Shown here: piece after piece, positions 61,982-64,000 of the stretch
How the letters are laid out: every line of letters starts with the position of its first letter
How positions within the stretch are numbered: position 1 is the first letter of the stretch
Origin: Desulfatiglandales bacterium
GTDB taxonomy: Bacteria > Desulfobacterota > DSM-4660 > Desulfatiglandales > Desulfatiglandaceae
Direction of reading: 5' to 3'
Length of the DNA: 64,000 nt
NCBI GenBank assembly: GCA_963662465.1
Contig: OY759599.1
Coordinates: 416,001 to 480,000, forward strand
Position numbers and translations under genes: made by a program
The notes under the pieces: generated by a model
The model's database searches: none
Seen by the model: only the letters and a program-made list of their open reading frames with translations
Told to the model about the DNA's origin: nothing

Positions 61982-62470
61982 TCATAGACCCTTAAGATAA
62001 TTTTGTACAAAAACAATGAGTTCATCCACTTCCTTTTTAGAAATTGTTTTAACGGTATTGATTTTTTTTTCCAACTCCAAGTCATCCTTTCCAATGGCTT
62101 TTTCAATCAAAAAAGTCTCAACTTCGCCATCAGGCAACAGATGACCACAGCCACCCACCATGCCTAAGAACACACCCTCAGACAATATTGGGACGGCAAA
62201 TTTAACAAAACCTGCATCACATTCATCAACAAGAGGTTGTTTTGTTTTGGCAAGCACAGTGCCAAAATATTGATTTGCTACGGTGCATATGGCTGCAATA
62301 CCTTCAGGATATGCCTTAATTGTGGGGCAAACTTCATTGGCAAAAGCCACGTATGAGGTTATACGATTCCACTGGTTATTGTATATACCCACATTCATGC
62401 CGGAACGAGTATGTATTTCTTTTTCAAATTCTTCCCACTTTTCCAGTGAAGCAATATTTGTAAGTTCCAT
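61982..62470 (-). CDS. Stand-alone PocR ligand-binding domain protein
   Basis: N..C..IK......C...EC.AG..K.AVPI...GGCG pattern. Confidence 0.75.
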   Translation of the reverse strand: MELTNIASLEKWEEFEKEIHTRSGMNVGIYNNQWNRITSYVAFANEVCPTIKAYPEGIAAICTVANQYFGTVLAKTKQPLVDECDAGFVKFAVPILSEGVFLGMVGGCGHLLPDGEVETFLIEKAIGKDDLELEKKINTVKTISKKEVDELIVFVQNYLKGL

Positions 62471-62576
62471 TTCCTTTCCCCCAACTTTACATTTAGTAGT
62501 GATAATGAATCTATTATAAATTTTCCTATTTTAACCTAGAAATACTCTAATTAGAAGTATTTTGTAACGCCTGCAT

Positions 62577-63230
62577 CTATCGTATAAACCGTGAAAATAC
62601 CCCCGGTGCAAAAACCGCCATGGCGACAACACCCAGCAGTAGATAAACAAAAACCGTTGCCGGAATGGAAGGGGCTATGAGTTTGAAGGCCGTGCCGATG
62701 GATCTTTTCGGAAACGGGATAAAGCCCAGTTTGAGTTCAAAAGAATTGAATTCGTCCAACAGAAGGTGAACAAGGCAGCCTAAAAGGACCGCTGATCCGC
62801 CCATTAAAGCCATGTTCCTACCGGATGGCGCAAAAAGGAGATAACCGATTCCCCCGCAAAGCAGCGCAAAGGGTATGCTGTGCATGATGCCCCTGTGTAC
62901 GGTGACCTTTTTGATGACGCTACAGATAACGTAGTTGATCAAAAGGTAGGATAGGGTGAAGTAGCAGATCAAAAATTCCGGGGTGTTGCCGAATCGTTGG
63001 GTTGCCCTTATGAAAAGAAGGCTCGGTATCAGAATCGAAATCAGCTGAAACAGAAAAGTCAGGGGTTTGCTTGTGTCGCTGTCCAGGTCGGGCAGTAATC
63101 CGGCGGCAGAGGCCACCACAAAAATGGCGATTGACTGCATGAGGCTCAATGCTTGAAAATAATAGCCGATCAGCGACAGGCTTGTTCCCGATACGATGCC
63201 CCCCGCCAGATGTGTCTTGAATCCCGCCAT
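62577..63230 (-). CDS. Membrane-bound metal-dependent hydrolase (YdjM-like)
   Basis: TH, LPDLD, HRGIMHS, HLLLDE. Confidence 0.85.
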   Translation of the reverse strand: MAGFKTHLAGGIVSGTSLSLIGYYFQALSLMQSIAIFVVASAAGLLPDLDSDTSKPLTFLFQLISILIPSLLFIRATQRFGNTPEFLICYFTLSYLLINYVICSVIKKVTVHRGIMHSIPFALLCGGIGYLLFAPSGRNMALMGGSAVLLGCLVHLLLDEFNSFELKLGFIPFPKRSIGTAFKLIAPSIPATVFVYLLLGVVAMAVFAPGVFSRFIR

Positions 63231-63241
63231 TCAAAGCCTCT

Positions 63242-64000
63242 TCAGACTAAAAGTCCCAAAATTTTGTTTCCTGCAATTTGTCCGGCGCGCATCCGCACCA
63301 TACGGCCCTGTAATTGATGATCCCCAGGGAAAACAAAAGGCAGGTAGTTTTCGCCGGCGCCCGTCATGAGGGTCTTGTTTTTGGCATCGGGACCCTCCAC
63401 CAGTACATCAAAGGCATGGTTCCGGCACCTTTCGTAAAAGCGTATCCGTTTCCCCTGACCAAGGGCTCTCAGTTCTGAAGCCCGTTGTTTGATGGTGTTG
63501 ATATCCACCTTGTTTTTGAAATGCCAGGCCGGGGTTCCTTTTCTGGGGGAAAAGGGAAACACATGGAGATAGCTCACGGGCAGGTCCTGGAGAAGTGAAA
63601 CGCAGTTTGCATGGGTTGAGTCGTCTTCCCCGGGGAACCCGACCATAACGTCTACCCCGATGGCGCCCTGGGGGATGGCGGCGTAAACGGCTTCGATTTT
63701 TTTGGCAAATTCTTTCGTGGTATAGCCGCGATTCATCTTTTTGAGGATGCCGTCATCGCCGCTTTGAAGGGGAATATGGAAGTGAGGGCAAAGCCATTTT
63801 TCCGATGCCGCCATTTCAATGATTTCCGGGTCCAGTTCACGGGGTTCCAGAGAGCTCAGCCGCAGCCTGAGGGGAAACCCTTGTTTCCCCGTCATTTGAA
63901 GCAATCTCTTTAAATCTATTTCACTGCCCAGGTCCACCCCGTACTTACCCAGATGAATGCCCGTCAGCACTACCTCCCGGTATCCCTGTTTCGCAAATCC
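63242..64000 (-). CDS. mtaB: tRNA t6A37 methylthiotransferase, 5' part outside the window
   Basis: EVVLTGIHLG.YG, RLSSLEP, HFHIPLQSG, VGFPGE, HVFPFSPR.GT, TRAM-like C-terminus. Confidence 0.85.
   Translation of the reverse strand, partial: GFAKQGYREVVLTGIHLGKYGVDLGSEIDLKRLLQMTGKQGFPLRLRLSSLEPRELDPEIIEMAASEKWLCPHFHIPLQSGDDGILKKMNRGYTTKEFAKKIEAVYAAIPQGAIGVDVMVGFPGEDDSTHANCVSLLQDLPVSYLHVFPFSPRKGTPAWHFKNKVDINTIKQRASELRALGQGKRIRFYERCRNHAFDVLVEGPDAKNKTLMTGAGENYLPFVFPGDHQLQGRMVRMRAGQIAGNKILGLLV

Overview
A 64 kb bacterial chromosomal segment, probably from a Desulfobacterota-like anaerobe (inferred from gene content and several sigma-54 promoters). From left to right it holds: an XPB-helicase three-gene operon; trkH/trkA; a hybrid kinase; a polyamine operon (speA, carboxy(nor)spermidine dehydrogenase, nspC, speB); a sigma-54-linked operon with a PLP enzyme, DUF1611, a PP-loop/creatininase fusion and a dipeptide epimerase; and an inserted PEP-CTERM gene. 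About 23.7-43.9 kb is a mobile-DNA hotspot. It contains a minus-strand integron-type cassette array with five clear attC sites and no integrase in the window, loaded with toxin-antitoxin and nuclease genes. It also contains six group II intron loci from three lineages, each inserted just 3' of a DNA hairpin. Three related IIB-like introns sit at the attC R' box and carry predicted EBS1 loops complementary to the GTT core. A class C intron sits at an R'' box on the opposite strand, and two near-identical introns sit in REP-like palindromes, one of them nested inside a MITE. The right part encodes a sigma-54/two-component-linked radical SAM, hydantoinase, Mo-hydroxylase and racemase cluster, several exported hydrolases and a partial mtaB. 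All functional calls come from motifs read by eye; no database searches were run.
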